DNA of 64,000 nt from a virus. Below the pieces are notes generated by a model. That model worked only from the letters and a program-made list of their open reading frames with translations, ran no database searches and was not told the origin of the DNA. Position 1 is the first letter of the stretch; every line of letters starts with the position of its first letter. The DNA is taken from the IMG/VR virus record IMGVR_UViG_3300020205_002210, positions 1-64,000 of that record; one strand, written 5' to 3'. A program made the translations under genes and the position numbers. This document shows, piece by piece, positions 49,633 to 58,191 of the stretch.

Positions 49633-50577
49633 ATGGCAGATACAAATATTACAGGGCCACTTTGGGGTTACGAGTATCGAAGCAGAAGACTTGCTGGCTT
49701 GTGGCCGACTAGTGTTTATGTGGCTGCAGTTGCAAATATTAGGGCTATATTTGGTTTTGGATTTAGTACTGTTAAGGTATCAATAACCAACCTAGTATCA
49801 AACACTGGTGTAGTTGCTACAGACACTGCTGGTGTTGGTACTGTTAAATCGCAGTTAGCAGCTGCTGGTTATGGTACAGATAAAGCTATCTTTGGATATG
49901 GACTTAATGCAGGTGATTCCGATATATCAATAACCAACCTAGTATCAAACACTGGTGTAGTTGCTACCGATACTGCTGGTGTTGGTACTGCTAGAAGTAA
50001 TTTAGCTGCTGCTGGGTATGGCACAGATAAGGCTATATTTGGATATGGAAGTGGTCCAACTGCTATAACCAACAAAGTATCAAACACTGGTGTAGTTGCA
50101 ACTAATACCACTGGTGTTGGTACTGAGAGGTTTCATCTGGCAGCAGCTGGGTATGGCACCGATAAAGCAATATTTGGATATGGAGCTGCAGCAGGATTTG
50201 TATTAGTATCATTAACAAACCTAGTATCAAATACTGGAGTGGTAGCAACTGACACCACTGGTGTTGGTACTGTTAGGCGACTTCTAGCAGCCGCAGGATA
50301 TGGTACCGATAAAGCTATATTTGGTTATGGCCTCGGTCCAGTATCAATGACCAACCTAGTATCAAATACTGGAGTGGTAGCAACTGACACCACTGGTGTT
50401 GGTACTGCTAGATCCTCATTGGCAGCTGCTGGTTATAGCACAGATAAGGCTATATTTGGATATGGAGGAGACGCATCAATGACCAACCTAGTATCAAACA
50501 CTGGTGTAGTTGCTACAGACACTGCTGGTGTTGGTACTGCTAGAAGTAATTTAGCTGCTGCGTCCTACGGTTCATAA
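49633..50577 (+). CDS. 6-repeat Kelch-like propeller; paralogue of the 46713 C-domain
   Basis: GLWP N-motif; six TNLVSNTGVVATDT.GVGT repeats. Confidence 0.7.
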   Translation: MADTNITGPLWGYEYRSRRLAGLWPTSVYVAAVANIRAIFGFGFSTVKVSITNLVSNTGVVATDTAGVGTVKSQLAAAGYGTDKAIFGYGLNAGDSDISITNLVSNTGVVATDTAGVGTARSNLAAAGYGTDKAIFGYGSGPTAITNKVSNTGVVATNTTGVGTERFHLAAAGYGTDKAIFGYGAAAGFVLVSLTNLVSNTGVVATDTTGVGTVRRLLAAAGYGTDKAIFGYGLGPVSMTNLVSNTGVVATDTTGVGTARSSLAAAGYSTDKAIFGYGGDASMTNLVSNTGVVATDTAGVGTARSNLAAASYGS

Positions 50578-50605
50578 CAATAAACTAAAATAACAAAGGT
50601 AAAAA

Positions 50606-50821
50606 ATGATAGACTTAGAAAACATGCCTGAACCAACAGCAGAAGAAATTGCTCAAGCAAGAGAAAACGCATTTAATGCTGAACGGCCTGCATCATGGGT
50701 TTGGAATGAAGAAGCAGTATCATATGTTGCACCGATAGCAATACCAACTGATGGTTATCCATACTTGTGGGATGAAGCTACAACTAATTGGGTACCATTC
50801 CCAGATTTTCCTAGAGATTAA
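50606..50821 (+). CDS. Small Trp-rich protein similar to the C-half of 43432
   Basis: PASWVWNEEAVSYVAPIAIPTDGYPYLWDEATTNW vs PYASWILVEDTCQWQAPVPMNDDGKFYQWNEDTLSW. Confidence 0.65.
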   Translation: MIDLENMPEPTAEEIAQARENAFNAERPASWVWNEEAVSYVAPIAIPTDGYPYLWDEATTNWVPFPDFPRD

Positions 50822-50829
50822 AATTCACA

Positions 50830-51567
50830 ATGGCAACAAAAGTACCACCGTTAGCGTTAGATTCGACTAAAGACTTTTCTGCATTAGTCCCTGCGGCGTT
50901 TGCTGCAGCAAATGCGGCCTATGCTCAATCGAATTCAACTGTCACATTAGTCTCTGAAGTTTTCAATAAGGCCAATACAGCTGCTGATGGTGGTTCAAAT
51001 GCAAACGCAGCATTTCTGCAAGCCAATGTTGCAATATCTAATGCTGCTGGTGCAAGTCTGTATGCAAATGCGGCTTTCTTACATGCAAACGCAGCATTCT
51101 TACAAGCTAACACCGGTGGTGCAGATCAATTAGCAAGAGACACGGCAAATGCAGCTTTCATTCAAGCCAATGCAGCATTCATTCAAGCAAATACAGGTGG
51201 TGCAAGTACCGATCAAGTGGCAAGAAATACTGCAAATGCGGCCTTCTTACGAGCCAATACAGATTTCATTTCACTTAGTATGCCAGGTACCATCACCTCG
51301 CCGGTGACTGGAAATGCAAGATATTATCCAACCGATACAATTGTTATAAATACAGTATATGCAAATCTAAGTGAAGCTCCCACAGGTAATTTTACTTTCA
51401 TCATTAAAAAGAATGGTACCAGTATAGGTAACACATTTATATTTTCAAGTGCCGTGATGACACCGAATGCGGTTAATGTTTCATTGACTACAAGTGATTA
51501 TCTGACACTGGATGTTACAGGTGTTAATGGTTCAAACTTAAATGTTAAATTAAAATACAGTTATTAA
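50830..51567 (+). CDS. Stalk protein with a distinct C-terminal beta-sandwich
   Basis: MATKVPPLALDSTKDFSALVP start, ANAAF heptads, C-domain ...FIIKKNG...SDYLTLDV...LNVKL. Confidence 0.7.
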   Translation: MATKVPPLALDSTKDFSALVPAAFAAANAAYAQSNSTVTLVSEVFNKANTAADGGSNANAAFLQANVAISNAAGASLYANAAFLHANAAFLQANTGGADQLARDTANAAFIQANAAFIQANTGGASTDQVARNTANAAFLRANTDFISLSMPGTITSPVTGNARYYPTDTIVINTVYANLSEAPTGNFTFIIKKNGTSIGNTFIFSSAVMTPNAVNVSLTTSDYLTLDVTGVNGSNLNVKLKYSY

Positions 51568-51580
51568 GGTAATAACAAAA

Positions 51581-51880
51581 ATGAATAAAGAGTTTTTTCA
51601 AACTAAATTTGGTACTAAAGGACATGTATACAAATTCATAGGTACAATTCCAGATGAAATTGTTGATGAAACGCAAAAAAATAGATATGTAACCATACAA
51701 TTTGTAACTGATGTTAATAATTTTCAGTTGGCCACCAATGCGATTTTTATGCCAAATTATGGAAATATAATTTTTGTTTATGGTGATGTTAAATATGAAT
51801 CGGATTTATTTCAATTCATTACCAATTTAACTCCTGATGTGGTTGAACCTGTAGTCGAAGAAACACCCTCTGAAGGATAA
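51581..51880 (+). CDS. Hypothetical protein
   Basis: 99-aa ORF, aagg SD. Confidence 0.6.
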   Translation: MNKEFFQTKFGTKGHVYKFIGTIPDEIVDETQKNRYVTIQFVTDVNNFQLATNAIFMPNYGNIIFVYGDVKYESDLFQFITNLTPDVVEPVVEETPSEG

Positions 51881-51883
51881 AAA

Positions 51884-52708
51884 ATGTTGATAAGATATAG
51901 AGTAAATAGTGCATGTACAATAGATAACTTTAAGACTGATATTAATAATATCATAGTTGGTAATATTATAACAGTTAACGATCTAAGTGCTGGCGCAGAT
52001 AAAGCAAACAGTATTATGTACGGCACTTACCCAGCGGGTACATATGCAAGAGCAAATAATACAACATTCACATACAGCAAAGATCATAACACTGAAGCTA
52101 AAACACATTATTTTAGATTAAATTTTACTGCAACAGGAATAGATCAATTGACACTTGCGGAAAGTTATACAAGTGGAACAGATACGCTGTTGAATTCTGC
52201 TACTTTTTCCACATCAATATTATTTAATAATCCATATACTACTATTAATCCAGTTGGTTTTGATATTATTGTTTCTGATAAATTATTTAATATTGTTCCA
52301 TCAGGCCAAATGGAAAAAGTTGGTGTATATGACATTGGTCATAATGCTGTATCTAGAGCATATGCTAATACGATGTTAATGGTAACAGGTGATATGGGTG
52401 ATTATGGCAATCCAAAAGCAGGACTTTATACATATATTCCATACACATATTTCTTTGATACTTTAAGTTATGCGAGCGACATGACGGGACAACCTGCAAA
52501 TGCTGTATCTACTATGAGAAAAACTACCGGCAACTCTGTTGCTGTTATTTTTGAATCGGCGTTTACCACGGGTGTGACTGGTGCACCGTCATTAATGTAT
52601 GGAACTTTCAGAATACCAGCATTCACATTTGAAGGTCAACAAATTTATAGAGATGCTTCAAATAATTATAGACTCACTTTCAACGACATTTCTTTTTTGG
52701 TGGATTAA
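51884..52708 (+). CDS. Hypothetical beta-rich virion protein
   Basis: 274 aa, rich in Thr, Asn and aromatic residues. Confidence 0.6.
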   Translation: MLIRYRVNSACTIDNFKTDINNIIVGNIITVNDLSAGADKANSIMYGTYPAGTYARANNTTFTYSKDHNTEAKTHYFRLNFTATGIDQLTLAESYTSGTDTLLNSATFSTSILFNNPYTTINPVGFDIIVSDKLFNIVPSGQMEKVGVYDIGHNAVSRAYANTMLMVTGDMGDYGNPKAGLYTYIPYTYFFDTLSYASDMTGQPANAVSTMRKTTGNSVAVIFESAFTTGVTGAPSLMYGTFRIPAFTFEGQQIYRDASNNYRLTFNDISFLVD

Positions 52709-52711
52709 AAC

Positions 52712-54148
52712 ATGATAGTTACATTTAAAACAACTCCAACAGGTGTAGGCACACTTGACACCGGATATGTAAATTTTTTACGATGCGTTACTGCAATTCT
52801 AACAGCAAACGCAGGCACAACATCTTTAACAGTCAATCCATATACCGCAAACAACACTATTAATACCGGATCAAACTGTATTGTTAGTATTGATAGTAAT
52901 CAAGAGGGTGGTGGTTGGTTAACTAGTTCAGTCCATCATGTTCCATCTAGTGCAAACAATGTGGCAGCTTCAATTCAATCAATAGTATCCACTGCTGCAC
53001 TTACTTATAAAGCAGATTTTTATAAGGCATCAGGTAAAGCAAGTCAACCGTACTACAAATTGTGTTTTCACTCATATAATGATTATAATTCAACCGGTGA
53101 CTGGGGATTTACAGAGGCTGCCGGCACAACACTTCGGCAGACAAGATCTCTAATGAACGTCAATCAAGGTGCAAATATGTTAATCACCTACGGTTCTTCA
53201 ACGACAACGAATTGGACCGACACCACTTTTCCTCCGGCCACAGGAGCAATCAGTACTAAGTGGAACGGTACAAGCCAAACAACATCTTACACGATGAATG
53301 GAGACATGTTTAGCGCACAGCAAAACAACGGACCAGGTTTGGTTTATACAGATACCAGTGTTCAATATACGATGGCTGTTGGTGCCGATTATTGTTTGAT
53401 TTGGGAAAGTAAAGTCGGTGATACATATGCCGGCAGTTATTTCGGGACCACTACTATTGGCAATGGCACCACATACTGGAATAATGCTCGTTATGGAAGT
53501 ATGTATTATATGGGAACAAGAGAAACCCAGCCATGGGAAGACACTCGGATTGATAATCCACCATGGGTTGCGTGGAACATAACAACAAATAATTTTGGCG
53601 CCGGCACAATTAATAATCCATGGGCACCAGATGGTGTCTGTGCCTATATGGCTACTATGAATTCAGCGGGTGCCGTTGCGGCACCGGTGCGTAGATATAC
53701 ACAGAACGCTCGGACAACACCATACTTCAATGGTTCTAACCATAGTTTGACTTCAACCACCAGCTCTGGTGCGGGTAATGTGGACGGTGCCACCAGAACC
53801 GGTATAGATTGTCCTATTTTTACACTTAAAAACTGGGGCAGCCTAACCGCGGCTCAGGCGCTTACATATGGGTGGAATACTAATACCGACAATTTTACAT
53901 ATTTACCTCAAGTTGATCCTACATCGGGCACTTTAGTTCCTGGTGCATATCCCATAGATATCAAAAGTTCAAATAGCTCACAATGGAATGCAGGAGGAAA
54001 ATGCAAAAGCATTTATAAGAGTCTTGGTATGCCATTTGCAACTATGAAAAGTTATTGGCAAGCTCAAAATCAAAATTTTAAAATTGACGGTGTAAATTAT
54101 TTACCTATCGTTATAGCTGAAGACATGTGGTTGATTAGAGTCGTTTAA
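52712..54148 (+). CDS. Hypothetical beta-rich, aromatic-rich protein; possible receptor-binding domain
   Basis: 478 aa, many W/Y/G/T residues. Confidence 0.6.
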   Translation: MIVTFKTTPTGVGTLDTGYVNFLRCVTAILTANAGTTSLTVNPYTANNTINTGSNCIVSIDSNQEGGGWLTSSVHHVPSSANNVAASIQSIVSTAALTYKADFYKASGKASQPYYKLCFHSYNDYNSTGDWGFTEAAGTTLRQTRSLMNVNQGANMLITYGSSTTTNWTDTTFPPATGAISTKWNGTSQTTSYTMNGDMFSAQQNNGPGLVYTDTSVQYTMAVGADYCLIWESKVGDTYAGSYFGTTTIGNGTTYWNNARYGSMYYMGTRETQPWEDTRIDNPPWVAWNITTNNFGAGTINNPWAPDGVCAYMATMNSAGAVAAPVRRYTQNARTTPYFNGSNHSLTSTTSSGAGNVDGATRTGIDCPIFTLKNWGSLTAAQALTYGWNTNTDNFTYLPQVDPTSGTLVPGAYPIDIKSSNSSQWNAGGKCKSIYKSLGMPFATMKSYWQAQNQNFKIDGVNYLPIVIAEDMWLIRVV

Positions 54149-54160
54149 TAATATCTGAGT

Positions 54161-56482
54161 ATGGCAATTAATTTAGAATACTTAGTAATTGCAGGTGGCG
54201 GTGGTGGCGGCGCAACTAACTCCAATAACGGCGGTGGTGGTGGCGGCGCAGGCGGACTATTAACTGGTAATACTGCGCCGGTTTCAGGCGTTTCATATAC
54301 CGTAACAGTTGGTGGAGGAGGCACCGGTGCCACTCAAAGCGTAGTTGGTGTGTCTGGTGCAAATTCATCTATAAGCGGCACATCAGTTAGCATAACTTCA
54401 ATTGGTGGCGGCAGAGGCGGCACCATAAGCACCGCCGGCACCGCTGCAGGAGCAAATGGTGGTTCTGGCGGCGGCGCAGACGGTGAAGGCGGCGCCAATG
54501 TTGGTTTAGGAACTGCGGGACAAGGTAATAACGGCGGCCAAGGCGGACTCGGCACAGGCGGAAATCAAGGTGCAGGCGGTGGCGGTGGCGCCGGTGCAGT
54601 AGGTGCCAATCGATCTTCTGGATCTCCTGGAGCAGGCGGTGGCGGTGTTTCTAGTAGTATAAGCGGTACTGCGGTAGCATATGCTGGCGGTGGCGGTGGT
54701 GGCGTAAGTAATTCAGGTGCAACAACCGGTGCGGCTGGTGGTTCGGGTGGCGGCGGCAAAGGTGGCAATGTTAACGATATCGCATCAGTAGTATCAGGAA
54801 CTACTAACACAGGCGGCGGTGGCGGTGGCGCAGGACATAACTATCCTACAAATACTAACTACGGTGGCGCAGGTGGTAGTGGAGTTGTTATAGTTAGATA
54901 TCTAACTTCCACTGCAACAGGTACAGGTGGAACAATAACCACATCTGGATCATACACAGTACACACCTTTACATCTAGTGGAATACTCACAATAACCGAA
55001 ACACCAGCTACAGCAAACGTTGAGTATTTGGTAGTTGCAGGCGGTGGCGGTAACTATGGCGCCGGCGGCGGCGGTGCTGGTGGTCTATTAACTGCCAACA
55101 ATTTCTCGGTAAATTCTGGGGCATCTATTACTGTGACAGTTGGTGCCGGTGGTGCGGCGACAAGTAATGGCATTGCGTCAGCGTTTGGCACAGTATCTAC
55201 TTATGGTGGCGGCGGTGCCGGTTATGGGCCCAGCGGTGGCGGAGGTGCCGGTGGCGGCAATGGTGGTTCAGGTGGAGGATCATCATATTATGGAAATGCC
55301 GGCGGCAAGGGTGTGTATCCAGGATCCAGTTATGTAAGCGCGACCAGACAAGGATATGACGGCGGTATTGGATATAATGCTGGTGGCAGTACATATAACG
55401 GCGGCGGTGGTGGTGGCGCAGGCGCAGCTGGTAGTAATGGTGCTGTCGGCGGCAGTGTTGGTGGCAATGGAGGTATAGGTGTAGAAAGCTCTATATCCGG
55501 TACAGCCACATACTATGCTGGTGGCGGTGGCGGCGCTGGTGCAACTACTAATGGCACTGGTGGACTTGGCGGCGGTGCTAATGCTAATGGTGGTCCGGCG
55601 CCGAATAATGTAACGCCTGGACTCAGTGGAACAGTTAATACCGGCGGTGGTGCAGGCGGCGCCAATGCTGCTGGCGGCGGTGCAGGTGGATCAGGTATTG
55701 TTATAGTTCGTTATTTAACTAGTGCTGGAACAGGTACAGGTGGAACAATAACCACATCCGGAGCATACACAATACACACCTTTACAAGTAGTGGAACATT
55801 TTCATTAACTGCGGCCGCGGTATCAGCAGCTAATACAACACTTACAGTAACACCAGTTCTTTCAAGCAACACTGCAAATGGACTTTCTATTATTGGTCAA
55901 TCCGTGGTATGTTCTGATGGTACCTGGACAGGTTACACACCAATAGTTTTTACTTATCAATGGAAACGAGAAACAGTTAACATATCAGGTCAAACAAGTA
56001 ATAATTACACACTAACATTAAATGATGCTAATCAAAATTTAATTTGTGCTGTAACGGCTACAAATAATGTTTCAAGTTCCACAGCAAATAGTAATTCATA
56101 TTTCGTTATAGTCAGTGGTGTATCAATTATTAAAAATCAAAAATACATTGTACCGTCACAAAATCTGGAAACATTTGCAACAGCCAATGATACACCTTTG
56201 ACGGAATCACAGTTTCTTTCAATTAATGCTGCATCATCTATAGTAAGAGACTACATTGTACCAACACAAAACTTAGAAACTTTTGCAACAGCCAATGATA
56301 CACCACTACCTGAAGCAAGTTTTGTCACACTTCAAAATTCAGCGAATGTAATCTATAAGACAAACCAATCAATTACTCAAAATCTAGTTGTCTTTACAAC
56401 ACATTCTTATACGGATAACATACCTATCGTAGTGGGTGGTACCACAGTGGTTGGTGCAACAAACCAACAATATTGGCACTAA
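54161..56482 (+). CDS. Tandem glycine-rich domains plus Ig-like domain and 36-aa C-terminal repeats
   Basis: Two EYLV(I/V)AGGG...GSG(V/I)VIVRY units; CSDGTW...YQWKR...YTLT...LICAVTATN; 108-bp repeat at 56144/56252. Confidence 0.7.
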   Translation: MAINLEYLVIAGGGGGGATNSNNGGGGGGAGGLLTGNTAPVSGVSYTVTVGGGGTGATQSVVGVSGANSSISGTSVSITSIGGGRGGTISTAGTAAGANGGSGGGADGEGGANVGLGTAGQGNNGGQGGLGTGGNQGAGGGGGAGAVGANRSSGSPGAGGGGVSSSISGTAVAYAGGGGGGVSNSGATTGAAGGSGGGGKGGNVNDIASVVSGTTNTGGGGGGAGHNYPTNTNYGGAGGSGVVIVRYLTSTATGTGGTITTSGSYTVHTFTSSGILTITETPATANVEYLVVAGGGGNYGAGGGGAGGLLTANNFSVNSGASITVTVGAGGAATSNGIASAFGTVSTYGGGGAGYGPSGGGGAGGGNGGSGGGSSYYGNAGGKGVYPGSSYVSATRQGYDGGIGYNAGGSTYNGGGGGGAGAAGSNGAVGGSVGGNGGIGVESSISGTATYYAGGGGGAGATTNGTGGLGGGANANGGPAPNNVTPGLSGTVNTGGGAGGANAAGGGAGGSGIVIVRYLTSAGTGTGGTITTSGAYTIHTFTSSGTFSLTAAAVSAANTTLTVTPVLSSNTANGLSIIGQSVVCSDGTWTGYTPIVFTYQWKRETVNISGQTSNNYTLTLNDANQNLICAVTATNNVSSSTANSNSYFVIVSGVSIIKNQKYIVPSQNLETFATANDTPLTESQFLSINAASSIVRDYIVPTQNLETFATANDTPLPEASFVTLQNSANVIYKTNQSITQNLVVFTTHSYTDNIPIVVGGTTVVGATNQQYWH

Positions 56483-56505
56483 TATAGATTGCGTTCCGGA
56501 GAAAG

Positions 56506-56512
56506 ATAAATA
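56506..56512 (+). promoter_or_regulatory. Late promoter ATAAATA for gp13
   Basis: Intergenic, followed by a CCCC-ATATA-GGGGG hairpin that contains the SD. Confidence 0.6.
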
Positions 56513-56531
56513 CCCCATATAGGGGGACACA

Positions 56532-57308
56532 ATGGCAGAACCAATCACATCCAGAACAGCTTTCAAAGAGTATTGCCTAAGAAGGCTGGGATTCCCAGTC
56601 ATTGAAATAAATGTTGATGACGATCAAGTAGAAGACAGAATTGATGATGCTTTACAATATTGGCAAGATTATCACTTTGACGGTTTACAAAAAGTCTATT
56701 ACATCAAAAAAATTGATGCAACCGATATTGCAAACAAGTATTTAAATTTAACAGAAGCCAGAGACTCTTCAAATAATGTATTGCAGATTGCTGGTATAAC
56801 CCGCATCTTTCCTATCTCCGATTCGTTATCTTCTGTTAACATGTTCGACTTGAGATACCAACTCAGATTAAATGAACTGTATGACTTCACCTCAGCGTCC
56901 TACATAAACTATACACTGACGCAACAACACTTGCGTTCACTGGAACTTATGTTTGTAGGTGAAGTTCCAATTCGTTTCCAGAGACATATGCAACGACTAT
57001 ATATTGATTGGGCTTGGGGAAAATCACAAGCACCACTTGGTACAACAGTCATAGCAGAATGTTATGCTGCAATTGATCCTGATGTATACAATATGGTATG
57101 GAATGACCGTTGGTTAAAAGAATATGCAACGGCACTTATCAAACGATCTTGGGGAAATAACCTTAAAAAGTTTGAAGGTATACAGTTACCTGGCGGCGTC
57201 AAACTCAATGGTGATAAGATTTACACCGAAGCTAAAGATGAGATTGATGCCTTACATGCAGAAATTGGTGACAAATATGGTGCACCACTAGAAATGTTTA
57301 TTAATTAA
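56532..57308 (+). CDS. gp13: Neck protein
   Basis: EYCLRRLGFPVIEINVDDDQVEDRIDDALQYWQDYHFDG, WLKEYATALIKRSWG, LPGGVKLNG. Confidence 0.93.
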   Translation: MAEPITSRTAFKEYCLRRLGFPVIEINVDDDQVEDRIDDALQYWQDYHFDGLQKVYYIKKIDATDIANKYLNLTEARDSSNNVLQIAGITRIFPISDSLSSVNMFDLRYQLRLNELYDFTSASYINYTLTQQHLRSLELMFVGEVPIRFQRHMQRLYIDWAWGKSQAPLGTTVIAECYAAIDPDVYNMVWNDRWLKEYATALIKRSWGNNLKKFEGIQLPGGVKLNGDKIYTEAKDEIDALHAEIGDKYGAPLEMFIN

Positions 57309-57309
57309 T

Positions 57310-58191
57310 ATGGCAACCAATGTATACTTTAACAACTACAATTCGTATTCTGAACAACGAGTAGTTGAAGATTTGATCGTAGAATCCATTAAGATAATGG
57401 GTTTTGACGCATACTATCTTCCGATTGAGAATGAGGAAGATAGGGACATTCTTTATGGTGAAGACCCAATTAAGAAATTTAGTTCTGCGTTCCCTATCGA
57501 ATTCTATCTTTCCAATTCATTAGAGTATACAGGCGAAAGAGAATTCTTCTCAAAATTTGGGCTTGAGATTAAAAACAATGTCAACATCATATTGTCTAAG
57601 AGGTCATTCTCTCAAAGAGTACCACAAGATAAATTGTCTCGACCTAGAGAAGGTGATTTAATTTATGTGCCGTTCTTAAATGGTACAGGTGAATTGTTCG
57701 AGATTAAATTTACAAATCAAACCAAAGATTTCTTTATGTTAGGCCGTAAGATTCCATATTTCTATGAATTGGAACTAGAGAAGTTTAAATACTCACAAGA
57801 AGTTATTGATACTGGTGTTGAAGACATTGATGATGTAATGATACAATCAAGTTACACAATAGAATTGAACACAGGCGCAGGCACAGGAACATTTGAAGCA
57901 AGAGAGATTGTATTTCAATCGACTGACGGAACTCAGCCTAACTCAAGTGTTGTTGCTATTGTTCAAGAATGGAACACAGTAAATAATGTACTGAAAGTAA
58001 CAAATGTTGCTGGTGAGTTTATGGACAATGTGGTGATTATTGGTGCAACAAGTAATGCAAGACACTATTTGTCATCATATGATCCACTCAAAGACAGTAC
58101 CAGAAACGAAACTTATGATAACCTTTATTTGTTCAATGAAGCAAATAACATTATAGATTTCACAGAAGATAATCCGTTTGGAAAAATATAA
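57310..58191 (+). CDS. gp14: Neck protein / head closure
   Basis: EQRVVEDLIVESIKIMG, LYGEDP, FFSKFGLEI, RPREGDLIY, FTEDNPFG. Confidence 0.93.
   Translation: MATNVYFNNYNSYSEQRVVEDLIVESIKIMGFDAYYLPIENEEDRDILYGEDPIKKFSSAFPIEFYLSNSLEYTGEREFFSKFGLEIKNNVNIILSKRSFSQRVPQDKLSRPREGDLIYVPFLNGTGELFEIKFTNQTKDFFMLGRKIPYFYELELEKFKYSQEVIDTGVEDIDDVMIQSSYTIELNTGAGTGTFEAREIVFQSTDGTQPNSSVVAIVQEWNTVNNVLKVTNVAGEFMDNVVIIGATSNARHYLSSYDPLKDSTRNETYDNLYLFNEANNIIDFTEDNPFGKI

Noticed and set aside
46713-50577. Diversity-generating retroelement (TR/VR) acting on the repeat tips
   Set aside because: Differences between repeats include indels and all bases at third positions rather than adenine-only substitutions; both copies are intact coding genes; no reverse transcriptase in the window. 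An RT elsewhere in the genome cannot be excluded.
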